The notes: generated by a model from the letters alone, not told the origin. 64,000 bases of DNA from Octopus vulgaris (GCA_951406725.2 OX597835.1:45818001-45882000); one strand, 5' to 3'. Positions 1 to 13,423 are shown, counted from the stretch's first letter. Numbers and translations: made by a program.

Positions 1-1160
1 TATATCTATGTGTGTGTATACACATATGTATGTACATATATATACTTGTGCACGTGTGTGTATGTATGTATGCGTGTGTGCGTATATATGTATGTTTGTA
101 TGCCTGTATGTCTATAATACTTACACGTTTAGTGTTTGCAGATATGTATATATACATATACCTGCACATATAATTTTGTAGATAATTTGCATATATATTT
201 CTATATACTCAAACAACATTCTAATATATGTTCACATGCACACAAACTGACTCTAGCATACACACACACACATACATACAAATATCCAGCGGGTCTCTTC
301 CAACCGCTTTCATTCTCCAACATCTAATCGACCTGTGGTGATGGTCACAGCGTTTACAACAAGTGTAATACGCAGTGGTATTGATCGCAAAGTGGAAATG
401 TTTCCATGTCCAAACTCTTGCTGTACAATGTCGTCACACAGCAATACCTCGATGTACGTATTTATTACGCTGGTAGATATTATTTTAACATGCAGTAGAG
501 GAAACAGCGAGGAACATAACTTGAAAGAGAACGAAAGCATGTAAGAAGAAATAATACACACATATATTACAGCGTAATTATCTATGAAGCCTCCATTTTA
601 TGTACAGGAAGTTAACACGAAACCTGGTATACAAAATTTCTTAAATATTAACCTGTTGTACATGTAAGAATTATTGCAATATATAAGAAGGTAACTCTAT
701 CGAATATATCAAAGATAAAATAGAATGATATAAACGAAGAAATATAGATATACAATCAAATATGCATGTATGTGTGTATGTTCACTATAGCTCTATATTT
801 GTATATATATATATATATATATAGATATATATATATATATATATGTACATATGTGTATATATATACATATATATAAATGTGTGTGTGTGTGTATTTATAT
901 TTCTAAACATATATATGTATATATATATATATATCTATATATATATATATATATATGTATGTATATATACATATATAGTGTGTGCGTGTGTTTGCGTGTG
1001 TATGTAGATATATGAATATATAAGTGTATACATATAAACAGACACGCGCACACACAATGTACGAGCGTATACAAATATATACATAATTCACGCTGTTGTT
1101 TCAGTAATATTCTTTAATGCCATATTTCCATAGACAGGAGAGAGAGAGAGAGAAATAAAT

Positions 1161-1193
<33 letters not shown>

Positions 1194-1723
1194 GAGAAAG
1201 CCCACCTACAACATCCTACAATCTTTTTGAATATGAAATAACGAATATATCGAAGTCCCTGAAGCAAATCGTAAAAAGGTATTTATTGAAATGCATATTG
1301 TGATATTATATACGTATTTCAATATATGGCTTGATTAATTTTTCGTATATCTTTTCTCGTTGGCTAGTCTGATATATTACCGCATATATCACCACTCTTG
1401 AATCTGTTGGTGAGGTTTCTAGTTCTACTGAGGCCATTCCTTAAATGTCTTGGACAGAAAACTGAAAGTCTCGGTTGTTCTTTGCATTTGTTTTACAGTT
1501 TCATTGACTACGGGTCCTCCACTGGCTTATAAAACCAACAAGTGATTTGCTCATCTGTTGCTGAGGCATCGTTTCTTTTCCTGCGTTGCAATAATCAACT
1601 GTTCGTTTTCTACGTCACGTTGTGCGTCTAGATCGGCTGAAAATGTTCATACCTATAATAGATCGAATAATAGTTTAGCTGCTTGAAATTATTTACGAAT
1701 GTCGGTTGAAGCGTTCACATATA

Positions 1724-2137
1724 GGCGCAGGAGTGGTTGTGTGGTAAGTAGCTTGCTAACCAGCAACATGGTTCTGGGTTCAGTCCCACTGCGTGGCATC
1801 TTGGGCAAGTGTCTTCTGCTATAGCCTCGGGCCGACCAATGCCTTTGTGAGTGGACTTGGTAGACGGAAACTGAAAGAAGCCTGTCGTATATATGTATAT
1901 ATATATGTATGTGTGTGTGTGTGTGTTTGTGTGTCTGTGTCTGTCCCCCCCTAGCATTGCTTGACAACCGATGCAGGTGTGTTTACGTCCCCGTCACTTA
2001 GCGGTTCGGCAAAAGAGACCGATAGAATAAGTACTGGGCTTACAAAAGAATAAGTCCCGGGGTCGATTTGCTCGACTAAAGGCGGTGCTCCAGCATGGCC
2101 GCAGTCAAATGACTGAAACAAGTAAAAGAAAAAGAGT
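1724..2137 (+). mobile_element. tRNA-derived CORE-type SINE (family A; resembles octopus OR-type SINEs), near full length
   Basis: A-box-like tggttgtgtgg and B-box-like ggttcagtccc; CORE-like cttgggcaagtgtcttct; internal (TA)/(TG) microsatellite; 3' end gactgaaacaagtaaaaga. A very similar inverted copy lies at 40005-40423. Confidence 0.85.
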
Positions 2138-2320
2138 AAGCTAACCAAGACACTCTCTTGAAATGTAACCAAACGAATTTTATTTTGCAGCATCCATCCA
2201 TCCTTTCAGTTCTATATTTAAGAGATGAGGAATTACGTACGTTATTTACATTATTTACATTTGGCGGATATTTGTCCTCTTCCTGTTTGTTGCTAACACA
2301 ACTTTTCGGCTGATATACTC

Positions 2321-2396
2321 GCATATGGCGTAATAGTTACGAGCGCGGGCTACTAACTCCAAGATTCCGAGTTCGATTCAAGGCAGTGACCTGCAA

Positions 2397-2428
<32 letters not shown>

Positions 2429-2471
2429 CAACAACAACAACAACAACGACAACGACAACAACAATAACAAC

Positions 2472-2503
<32 letters not shown>

Positions 2504-2520
2504 TGACGATGATGATGATG
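2321..2520 (+). mobile_element. Short tRNA-head SINE (family D) with (AAT)/(AAC)/(GAC)/(GAT) tail
   Basis: gcatatggcgtaatagttacgagcgcgggctactaactccaagattccgagttcgattcaaggc carries A-box and B-box-like motifs and is followed by a trinucleotide tail. Confidence 0.6.
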
Positions 2521-2544
2521 AATCCAGTTTCGAAGATTCCCCAA

Positions 2545-2590
2545 GACACCTGAAGATGGCTGCAGAGTATATTAGCTGAAACGTTGTGTT
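2545..2590 (+). ncRNA. Minimal type I hammerhead ribozyme motif (Penelope-like element repeat)
   Basis: GACAC-CUGAAGA-U-GGCUG(cagaguauau)UAGCU-GAAAC-GUU-GUGUU. Stem I is GACAC/GUGUU, the core is intact, stem II has 5 bp, stem III is the palindrome AACGUU, and the cleavage triplet is GUU. Confidence 0.7.
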
Positions 2591-2645
2591 AGCAAGAAAC
2601 AAGATGAGGACAAATATCCGGAAAATGTCAATAATGTAAATAATG

Positions 2646-3636
2646 TATCGTCCCCTTTGTGTTACACTCCTTCCCTTGTTGTAGTGCTTAGATTCCATTG
2701 CTAAAGAGGTTTCCATTCTGTCGGTCAAAAACGTCATCAGCAGCGGATGTGACGTCGTCATCACTGCAATATTATTTGCCAGAGAAGTGTTATCTTTTTT
2801 TCCATTTTGAAAATTAGATGGTGATCAGGTAGCTCCAAATCAAGAAAATTGGAATGTGATCAGCCAGTTCAAATACATAGACAAGCACAGCAGCCATTCA
2901 AAGCAAATGTTTTGTGCTGGAACATTACCCTTATGAAAGAAAACCTCTTTCTTCAGTTTTCCTGCTCGTTCGATCTTGATAGCCTTTTGTAACTGCCTTG
3001 GCAAGTTGATATATTACCCTCCATTGAAAATGGTCAAGAAACACAGCACTTTTGGCATCTGAAAACACTAATGCCATCACCACCTTGCAGATGAAATAGC
3101 TTCGTCTTCGTTGGCGCACGTGAGGAAGAGGTGTTTTAGCTGTATACATTGTCTCATCGTCTCTGACTCGAAGTGTTGAAGACAACACTTTTACTGGTTT
3201 AGGAAACATTCGCGAAAACCAGCTGTATCTACATCAAACAATGTCAGATATTCATGTGCGGTGATCCGGCTGGTACGCTTTTCAAGAGGTGTCAGAAGGC
3301 ATCCACAGAAACGAAACGTACGTGACGCCACTCAATTTCATTGTGCAGAATATTCTCAACTCTCTCACGGGATATGCTAATAGCATTGGTTATTTGATTT
3401 ATAGTCAATCGCCTTTCATTTATCATCTTCGTTGCTGGCAGTTCGGGGCGTTGAGACCTTTTAATATATTTCAAACCCTCTCTTGCCTACCTAAATTCAG
3501 CTGGCTCTTTTTACATTCCTGATAAAGCTGGAGCATCATCGTCAAACGTAGTAACAGTATATGCGTGAATGTCGTTGGGGTCTAAACACTTTTTCTGCAG
3601 AAACATGATTACACCACGACGCTAAATTTTGTCCAT
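2646..3636 (-). pseudogene. Mariner transposase pseudogene with multiple stops and frameshifts
   Basis: ORF-track fragments 3292..3474 and 2931..3209 plus manual translation match the HTH and catalytic regions of mariner transposases. Confidence 0.85.
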
Positions 3637-5169
3637 TTTCAAGAGAAGTCATTACTTGGTTTCAAGTCTTCATTGAACAGTCAGATATAATGCTACATGC
3701 AAAGGAACAATGCAGTCACTAATAAGAAGCGATTGAAGTGAGAGCATGGAAGATTTCACTGCTCTAGGGTCACTCCTTCATAGTCAGCCTACGGACTCTT
3801 CAACCCACGCCCGTGCATTGATATTTGTCCTTTTCAGCGCATTTGCGCAGATGACTTCTGATCTCCAGCTTTGGAGAAGAAAACTTGTCCATATTTATCA
3901 TACTAAAAGCATGGGACTGTTGCAGCAAAATGATTCATTTTCTCCTAATTGCTTACTAAAATTCTAAGGAAGATCCTTTAAAACTTCTTTATGTCAATGG
4001 CTGTTTTTGTAAGCAAATTACTTTTATTTATTAAAGAAGATTCCCAGTTATTTCACTATTGCATTCAGTTAGAGAAACTTTCACTCATTCCTTAAATCGA
4101 AATATATGTTTTATCCTTTGGTCTAGCAGCAGTCGTCAAGCGCAATAAATGAATCGTTTTGATCGTCTCTTCGCGTGTGTGTATATGCGTGTATGTGTAT
4201 GCGTGTTCGTGTGTGTGTGTTGCATGCCTGTATGTGTGATGTTCGTGCACACACACATATATATATATAGATAGATAGATAGATAGATATAGATATAAAT
4301 CTGTGCATACATGCACGTATATGTATGTGTATATTTATATGCGTATACGTATGTTTATATGTATGTATGTCTGTATGTATGTATATAGTTGCATGTTAAC
4401 TTATCTCCTTATAACTGGCGCTTTCCAAGGCGTAGGTATGCATCTCGCCTTTCATACATATAATCACGAAACATGCTAAGATTGAACTAATGTCCTTTGA
4501 TGACTCATTTTGCGAAACAATGAAGGCGATGTACTGTGCCGTTTATCCATAGGATTCCCTTCAGTAGATGTTGTCGAACTAACATGATACAACAATCAAA
4601 ATCTGTCTCGTGCCTGTGCTTTCATTCCCCCGTTTAACATTTTCGGTTGACTGATAAATTTATTCGGTCCCACCCCCTCCAATTATTCAATCCTTCTCAG
4701 TGTTATATGAATTAACAAAATTAAAAAAATATTGTCATCGTAATGTTTTGTGATATTTGAGGTTTAATTTTTCCTCTATATCTGTTCTTTATCGGTTTCG
4801 AAATTTGCGTAAATTTGAACTTTTTCATACATGTAACGCCAGGGTGCCAATCAAATAAAATTTTAAAAAGAAAATAAGCAAAACAAAACAAAACCGCAAA
4901 CGAACGAATTTATCTGACAGTACTATAGATGACATCAGCTTCCCTATCGATGTGGAAGTTCAAAGATGTTAGCATTTTCCTAGTGATGATGTTCACTATG
5001 CTGTTTTCCTTAGGGTCCCGTCTACATCCCAAATGTTTGCGCTAGCTGCGGCTTGCGGAAGCGCTGTGGATATCACTCAGTACTGAAAGCTCTTGTGCCT
5101 AAACCTTCTCAACTCTGTTGCGGTAACCCTTATCATACTTGTTATACTCACCCCAAAAACACATGCAAT

Positions 5170-5640
<471 letters not shown>

Positions 5641-5967
5641 ATGTTCATTCTGTGGAAAACTGTCTCTGTGTCTGTCTACAGTGCTTTATGTACTATTTTC
5701 ATATCTGCATGTGTACACATGTGTATGTATGTATGTGTGTGCGCATATGTGTATGTATGTATGTATGTGTGTATGTATGTGTGTGTGTACTCGCATCTTT
5801 GTGTGTGTATGTGTGTGTGTGTTTGTGGGCATACACTCGCGCATGCGTGTGTCGACACAATTTAAATTGTAACAAAAGTGCACGCTCTTCATTTCCTTAT
5901 CAAGATTTTGGGGAAAAATGCGAAACAAGATGGAATGAATGCAAGCGTGATTCATTGCCTCCGGTAC

Positions 5968-6316
<349 letters not shown>

Positions 6317-7654
6317 GGTCTTGAGGCTGCTTGTTCTTCTCCTGTTGATACTATTCCATCCAACTTATGATTGAATATGAGAGAAGTCGGCTCCGGCATG
6401 TCGACTGAGTTTGCTTTTCTGCTGCGGGCTTCACTGAGACAGTAATCGTGTGAAAATGGAAAAATTTAACCAGAGGAGGAAAGAAAAGGAAAAGGGAACA
6501 ATACCATAGTATGGGGCGTGAGGTGGGGGCGGGCTGTTGGAAACACAACAAACAACAAAAACATTAATCTCTGTAAATCAGAGACCGAAACCAAGAAAAA
6601 TAATATAAATGTATAAAGCCCATGATGTTAATGAAAATCTTTGTAATTAGTGATTTTGCATGTTTTGTGAAAATTCATTGTTTTGATTTAGCATAAATTA
6701 TTTGATTTGTGATAACATAATTAATTACAATAACACAAAAACCTTCAAATGAATGCCAAGAGACAATTTAATTTCTTTTTTAATGTACAAACGTTCACAA
6801 ATCAATAATTGACTAGAAAATACAGTTTTTCTTCAATAATATATCATGCAACATTGTTGCCTCCGTGTGGTGGTCATAAATTGACTCACATGTCTCAGCG
6901 TTGTCTTCGAAAATGATGGGACAATGAATATAGCTAATTACTGAGATAACTCCTTCGTTCCTAATGCAGCATAGTTCATCGATTACTTTTTTACACTCTG
7001 CAATATGGCGATATTTCCCAGGGAAAAGCCCCACCCCTTTCCTGGCTTCATTCTTTATTTTTATTTTATTTTATTGTCATTGATGCTCATATATCCTTGT
7101 GTTTTTTCTTTTGCTTGTTGTATATTCTATAGGTACGATTATTCATCCTACACAAAAGCACTATTTACCTCTGCACAATTATGTTTCATATTAGTCTGTT
7201 GTATTTTATATCAGTCCATTGTGATTCATATTAGTCTTCAGTGTTTCATATTTCTTCTCTGTGTTTCATATTTGTCCTTTGTATGTCATATCATCCTTTG
7301 TCCTCTCCAACTGGAGATACCCTACCAGAAGCTTGTACCTTGCTGGCATAGCTCTCAGTGACACTGTGACAGACAAGCCACTACAGCGCTACAAGGAATG
7401 GACATACAATACATAATGTAATACTGAATACTTCAGAAAAGGTTAGGTTCAGTTTATCTTTTCGTGATTGTTCTACGAATTTTCACTAAAGGTCTATCCA
7501 CTGAGGACTGGTCTGCAACACAGCAGCGATTCCAATTTCAAATACGTCTAATAAGGCTTTCTAGTTTCTACGTTTGGAAAGTTGTTGATTGACTACCAAC
7601 TCCCAAGAAAATTATAATTAACGAATTGTAAATGATGTAACTACACACCTACTC

Positions 7655-8010
7655 ATACACACATGCACATACATCCATACATACATACATGCATACATAC
7701 ATACATACAAACATACATACATACATACATGCATGCATACATACATACATACATACATACAAACATACATACATACATACATACATGCATACATACAAAC
7801 ATACATACATACATACATGCATACATACATGCATACATACATGCATGCATACATACATACATTCATACATTCATACATACATACATGCATGCATACATAC
7901 GTACATACATACATACATACATACATACATACATACATACATACATACAAACATACATACATACATACATACATACATACATACATACATACATACATAC
8001 ATACATACAT
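7655..8010. repeat. (TACA)n microsatellite
   Basis: Read directly. Confidence 0.95.
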
Positions 8011-8085
8011 GCCATCATAAGTCCATTAGGTTATGCTCCAACAACTTAGTAGAAACGCTGGTAAACGTTTCATTCAAATGATGAT

Positions 8086-8293
8086 ACTTCTTTCTAATTT
8101 TGACACAAGGCCAGTACTCTTCAAGAGTATGTTAAAGTGGATTACATTGAACCCCAGTATTTCTCAGGTACTTAATTTACTGACCCCCAAAAGGATGAAA
8201 AGTAAAGTCGACCTCGGCGGGATTTGAAGTAAGAACGGACAATATGCTGCTAAGCATTTTTATCGGGCGTGATAACGAAACAGCCAGCTCGCT
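8086..8293 (-). mobile_element. SINE family B copy
   Basis: Reverse complement of the family B sequence (cacaaggcc...accccagt...ggtacttaattt...ccccaaaaggatgaaaagtaaagtcgacctcggcgggatttgaa...gccagctcgc). Confidence 0.8.
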
Positions 8294-9237
8294 ATCGACT
8301 TAGTAACAGTAATAATAATAATGACAATAAAACGAAAAAGGTTTCTCTTTCAGTTTTGACGTAAACGAAAACGAATGGAAACGAAGAATCATCCATTTGT
8401 AATTATAACACTATGAATGGTTCCGAACGATTTCAAAAATTAAAGAAGCAAAACCTAAATAAATAAAATCATGACATGAGTTTGGATCAGTTCCAATTGC
8501 TTAGTCATGAGTTTTGGAAGACTTTCAGATGTTTGTTTGTTTCGCTTGGAACAGTTAGAATATTCAGACGAACGATTCTCTGTGAAGCTCGAACGCCGAG
8601 ACTTCGTTACTTCCTGCGAGCGGATTTGAAAGAATAACAAAATAATTCACGACAAAAAAACAACAGTAAAATATCAGTTTAAAAAAGTACAAAACACCAT
8701 TTCATTGCAATAGGACCACAAATTACGATTTATTGAGTAAAGGGGGCTTCGGCATGAACGCTCCTCCTGCAGACATAACAGTCATATCTTCCTCAATTAA
8801 GAGATTATGGTGTAAATTCTACAACCTGATATCTTCAACAGGTATTAAGATCTCATTTAATATCCTTCTATTCTTTGGTTTCAGTCGTTCGACGGCGACC
8901 ATTCTGGGGCAGCACTTCACGCAGTTTCTTTATTCAAAAGTTCGTATTTTAAACCAGCCGTTATTCTATTAACCAATGTTCACTAACTCTGAAGTTAAGC
9001 GGTAAGAGACAAATAAGCACGCAAAGTCGTAATTTGTATTTAAGAGTTATTATGTATTATATTAAATTATTGTAAGCATATGATATAATATATGATATAC
9101 AATTTTAAAATAAGATAAAATCTTTATTAGAATTTATCAAGTAGTTAGCGTGAAAAACCTCATAAGGGAAAAAATCATTAATTATTCAGGGATTCAGGGG
9201 AATACACACACACACACACACGTACACACACACGCGT

Positions 9238-9269
<32 letters not shown>

Positions 9270-9909
9270 TATGCTTGTGAGTGTGTGTTTCTACACATAC
9301 ACACGTACATAAATATGATGAGGACAAGAAGGTGAAATGTTCAGCAAGGGTGACAAGTTTTACAAAGCTGTTATTAGTTTTGCGCTTAAAAAGAAAACGG
9401 GAAGATGATAAGGGTCATCCACATTTCAAATACGTGGTCGTTCATCAGATAAAAGGAAGAAAAACGAAAATAATAGGTGGTGGAAAGGAAGGGAGAAATG
9501 TAGAGGCCGAGTGAGAAGGTAGTTCTCTGGTGAGAAGTTAAGAAGGGAAGATTAAGTGGGGAATGTGTATGCGTACGAAGGAGAGTGTCTGAGTAGGGAG
9601 ATGTCCAAATGCGGGGTGACTGGGTTGAGGTGCAGGTGACTGGCTGGAGTAAATGATAGGAGCTGAAAGTGAAAGTAGAAAAGTGCAAGAGGGCGTAAAA
9701 GTATAGACAATGGGAGAGGGAAAACTGTATGTAGGATGAATGTTGTATTAAGTGAAACAACATATTAAAGCTGGTACATGTAGAGGAAAGTTACGAAGTG
9801 GAGAAAAAGGTTGGAAAATTAGTGGAAAAGTTACTAGGTAAAACAGACAAAGGTGTGAAAGAGGAAAACAGAATAGTTAAGAAATTATATAGATATATAT
9901 TCATTGTTC

Positions 9910-10137
9910 TCTGGCCTGTTTCAGCAATTAGACTGCAGCCATACTGGGGCACCGCTTTGGAAAATATCAGTGGGACAAATTGGCCCTAGCTCTTATTTTG
10001 TTATGTCCCATATTTTCTCTATTGATCTTTTTGGTCGAACCGCTAAATTAGGGAGACATAAAGACACCAAGACGGGTTGTGAAGCGGTGATGGAGGACAA
10101 ACACAGACATAGACACACAAACTCACACACACACACA

Positions 10138-10182
<45 letters not shown>

Positions 10183-10235
10183 GCACACATATATACGACA
10201 GTCTCCTTTCAGATTTTGCCTACCGAATCCACACA
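9910..10235 (-). mobile_element. SINE family A copy, degenerate
   Basis: ctgtttcagcaattagactgcagccatactggggcaccgc...gaaccgctaa...(CA)n...tacgaca...ctaccgaatccac matches the reverse complement of 1724-2137. Confidence 0.75.
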
Positions 10236-11026
10236 GATTGGTTGTTCCGGTTTTATAATAGAAATCCCTTTCCAATGGAAGTGGGAAAATGTATATATTG
10301 AGAAAAGGGGGCGTCAGAAAGGGCGAGATGATTATGAAATGGATATTGGGAAAGGAACGTAAAGAAGAAATAAATTCCCAGTAGTTCTCAAATTTGCCAC
10401 CACAGGACAGAATGCAGTCTCCAAGCGTCCTTCTGGCCGCCCCCGACGGTCTTCACTCAATAAATACAATAAATGTGTCTTTAATTGACTTGTATTTGAC
10501 TGTTTGTGGTGTAGCCTCCTTAAAAGTCTCCAGATTTTGGATCTGGCCCAAATACGGAAAAGGTTGTGAACCAATGGTCTGTAAAGTCGGTAGCTACTGT
10601 AAAGATTGGAAAAATGCCTGGGAAATTGCCGTGATTAACGAAATTACGATGGTTTAATCTCTTATAACTGACCACAATGTGAAAGAAAGCAGAATTATAT
10701 GCATGCAAACATTGTTTTTCTTTTTCTCTTCTCTTCAGTAGAGGGTGAAGGGAGAGACATATCCCTTATAATTTGATGGAGTGTTCTGTGTTTATCAGAC
10801 TGCGAGCCATTGGAACGAACTACAAGACGACGAAAATCGATAGAGACCCTGAAGATACCGATAACTTGAAAGCCACAAAAGGAGTATGAATTGTTTTGGA
10901 CCAGAGTGATTGCACGTGGTTTACTTGTGTGTTGGATTCATGTTCGTAAGAATGTCTTTTCGGTCCTTGAATGGGTCGATGCCTTGTGATCTAAAGATGA
11001 ACATATCATTTCACGTTGGTCAAGCT

Positions 11027-11106
11027 CAGTGGTTCTCAGCCTGGGGTTCGCGGATCCTTGGAGGTTCGCAAAGGTAGTACTGGGTGTCCGAGAACTAAAT
11101 TCAAAT

Positions 11107-11147
<41 letters not shown>

Positions 11148-11442
11148 ATTCAAACAAGAAAACACACAAAAAACACAACAACGCGAGGACGTGGAACAAA
11201 TAGAGTATTATTGGACGCTCAGGAAAGAAGGGAAGGAGTGTTTAACGTTTCAAGCGGAGCTCTTCGTCGGAAACATAGGAGAAGGAAAGATCCAGAGAAG
11301 GGAAGACAGAGGAAAAAATCGCCAACGGTACGTATATATATACATACATATACATAAAGATAAGCATATTGAAAGGGGTCCGTGGAAAAACTCATTTACG
11401 TAAAATGGTTGGAAATCACTGAGAAAAGGTTGGGAAACACTG
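11027..11442. mobile_element. hAT (Charlie-type) MITE containing a nested hammerhead-bearing element
   Basis: Termini cagtggttctcagcctgggg and aaaggttgggaaacactg, followed by ctctag. Subterminal ggggttcgcgg/ggggtccgtgg motifs are typical of Charlie MITEs. The right terminus is partly duplicated and the TSD is imperfect. Confidence 0.65.
11240..11274 (-). ncRNA. Minimal hammerhead ribozyme motif with variant core CCGACGA
   Basis: Minus strand GUUU-CCGACGA-A-GAGC(ucc)GCUU-GAAAC-GUU-AAAC. It lies in a ~190-bp element (11143-11331) flanked by (TA)n. Confidence 0.6.
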
Positions 11443-12862
11443 CTCTAGTCCATTCAGCTGGTAAAAATGAACATTCCTGCGGCAAGCCGGGGTCCCGTTC
11501 AGGGATGGGGTATATATATATCAGAGAGTCCGAGAAACTGAGCCTATGTGTTTATATGACTCGGGAAGGAGGTTTAACCTTTTATTATATGCTTATTAAA
11601 GAGTAACTTGTATAAGGTTAGGGCATGCTGCTGCTGCTTCTGCTGTTCATAACAATATCAACAGTATCCTAAATTGCACCTTAAGATGTTGCTTCTGCTG
11701 ACTAGCAAAGATGCATTTGCTAGTACACAACAACCAATGAGAAACACTCTGCACGTTTATTGGATAAAAATAACAGTTATGTGTCCCTCAAATGAAGCTC
11801 TGTCTTTTCTTACATACCAGGAATAACGTATTTCTAGAAGAACTCTGCCTCATTAAAAATAAAGCATTTACAAGGAAAGGGTTGTTTATGTTTTAGATAT
11901 GGTAATAATATCATATATCGATCGTAGTCGTACAGCTTTCGTAAACGACTTGGTGGGCATTCCTGGAATGCCTCTGCACAATCCCGATTAAAGCGAGTCG
12001 CACGTATGTGTGTATGAATCATAAAACTAGACTCGTTAAGATTTGAAAGCAGAACATAAACTAAATATAACATTAGAATACTGCTAAAATTTACAAGTCA
12101 TATGTTTCAACGCTCTACTAATCTCGCAGCTCGAAAATCAAGCAGTACAATAACTCTAATAAAAATACGCGTTCTTAATTCGTTTAATTTTTGTGTCTAT
12201 AAGAAAATTATAAAACTTAATAAGAAGTAATATGAAAAGCTTAGGTATGCGTGAAGTCTATATATGAATGAATCAATGAATACCGTTAATTTACACTAGC
12301 TGATAACAAAAAACTGCAAAATTGTAATAATTTTTCTCTCTTTCTCTTCCCCTTTCTCACACTGTTTTTTTTTTTTGTAATATGTTGATTCTAAAGATAA
12401 AAAATAAATTCTTCTCGCAAATGCGGGTGCAATAGTTTATATTTTATTTATTTATTACTTTTATTATTATTAGAACATTTTGTATTTATTTTTGGAAGCA
12501 AATGTAAGTGCTGTCAATATTGTATAAAAACCGAGAAGGCGAAAATAAATAAATATAATCTTCATATAAATATTAGTTAGAGTTTTGAAAAAACAGACTC
12601 GACCCACTTCATGCTTCTAAACCAAAATTAAATATTTTTCTTTCCTGGTTTGAAATGCTATTTTCTAACACCGAAGATCAAGTTGCATACTTTGTTCCGC
12701 CTTCCATACCGGAACAAGCTCGAGATTACGAGATTACTCATCGGAAGTTCTGCACCATTTCACAGAAGAGATGAGAAATGCTCCAGTACTTTGCTTGATA
12801 CTGATTGAGATTAATGCAGAATATATATTATAAACCTCCCGGCAAATGTGTACTATCTATTA

Positions 12863-12930
<68 letters not shown>

Positions 12931-13049
12931 CATGCATACATTTCTTCGCCTTTCTTACTTTGCACTTCACTTTGCCCATGTCTCTCTCTCTCTCTCTTCT
13001 CCTTCTCCTTAATTCCTCTGTCCGTCTTTTCCTCTCTCTTCTCTTGATA

Positions 13050-13423
13050 CGTGACTGACTGTTGATTGTCCTTTGCGCCACTTATTTGCTACAGTTTTCA
13101 CTTCCTTGTCACTGGAATAATGTTTGCCTCTCAAACCCTCTTTCATGGGTCCGAAGAGCTGATAGTCCAGTGACGATGATAGTCCAGTGAAAGCTGTAGT
13201 GAAAAAGTGGCTCAAAGAACAGTCAACAGATTTTTACAGGGCAGGGATACATGCTCTCATTCGAAGGTGTAACATTGCTATTGAGAGAAACAGTGACTAT
13301 GTTGAAATGTAGGGATGCGATCCTCAGAGGACAAGCTTCATTTTGATGTATGGTCCGTGTTCCTGTGCTGGTAATTATACCTGTCCTAAACAAAATCGTA
13401 TTACTTTTTGACTCACCCTCATA
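13050..13423. mobile_element. Mariner 3' fragment folded back on itself, with one TIR
   Basis: Minus strand 13050-13170 encodes DYQLFGPMKEGLRGKHYSSDKEVKTVANKWRKGQS. Plus strand 13188-13312 encodes VKAVVKKWLKEQSTDFYRAGIHALIRRCNIAIERNSDYVEM*. A TIR-like attactttttgactcaccctcata follows. Confidence 0.8.

Larger units (their letters stand above)
2207..2650. repeat. Inverted repeat pair (about 2237-2320 versus 2566-2650) of a hammerhead-bearing Penelope-like terminal repeat
   Basis: ttatttacattatttacatttggcggatatttgtcctcttcctgtttgttgctaacacaacttttcggctgatatactc is a near reverse complement of gagtatattagctgaaacgttgtgttagcaagaaacaagatgaggacaaatatccggaaaatgtcaataatgtaaataa. Confidence 0.75.
1694..3815 (-). 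mobile_element. Full-length decayed mariner DNA transposon with nested insertions
   Basis: Degenerate TIRs at 1694-1726 (tacgaatgtcggttgaagcgttcacatataggc) and 3783-3815 (reverse complement cacgggcgtgggttgaagagtccgtaggctgac). The minus strand reads as transposase from the ATG at 3636: MDKI*RRGVIMFLQKK..., RRLTINQITNAISISRERVENILHNE, KVVMALVFSDAK, and C-terminal YCSDDDDVTSAADDVFDRQNGNLFSNGI*ALQ..KGD. The 3' part resumes at 2138-2192. Confidence 0.85.

Noticed and set aside
290-544. Stop-free frame ending near gtaag (ORF 335..544)
   Set aside because: Weak acceptor, no recognisable protein and no partner exons.
6813-7400. Possible piggyBac-like C-terminal remnant (HCPIIF...KNCIF)
   Set aside because: Too degenerate; no TTAA-bounded TIRs or catalytic motifs seen.
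10844-10880. CUGAAGA...GAAA string
   Set aside because: No stem II or stem I pairing and no NUH site, so it is a chance match.
10799-10883. AG/GT-bounded 85-nt block (LRAIGTNYKTTKIDRDPEDTDNLKATKG)
   Set aside because: Weak donor and no identifiable homology.
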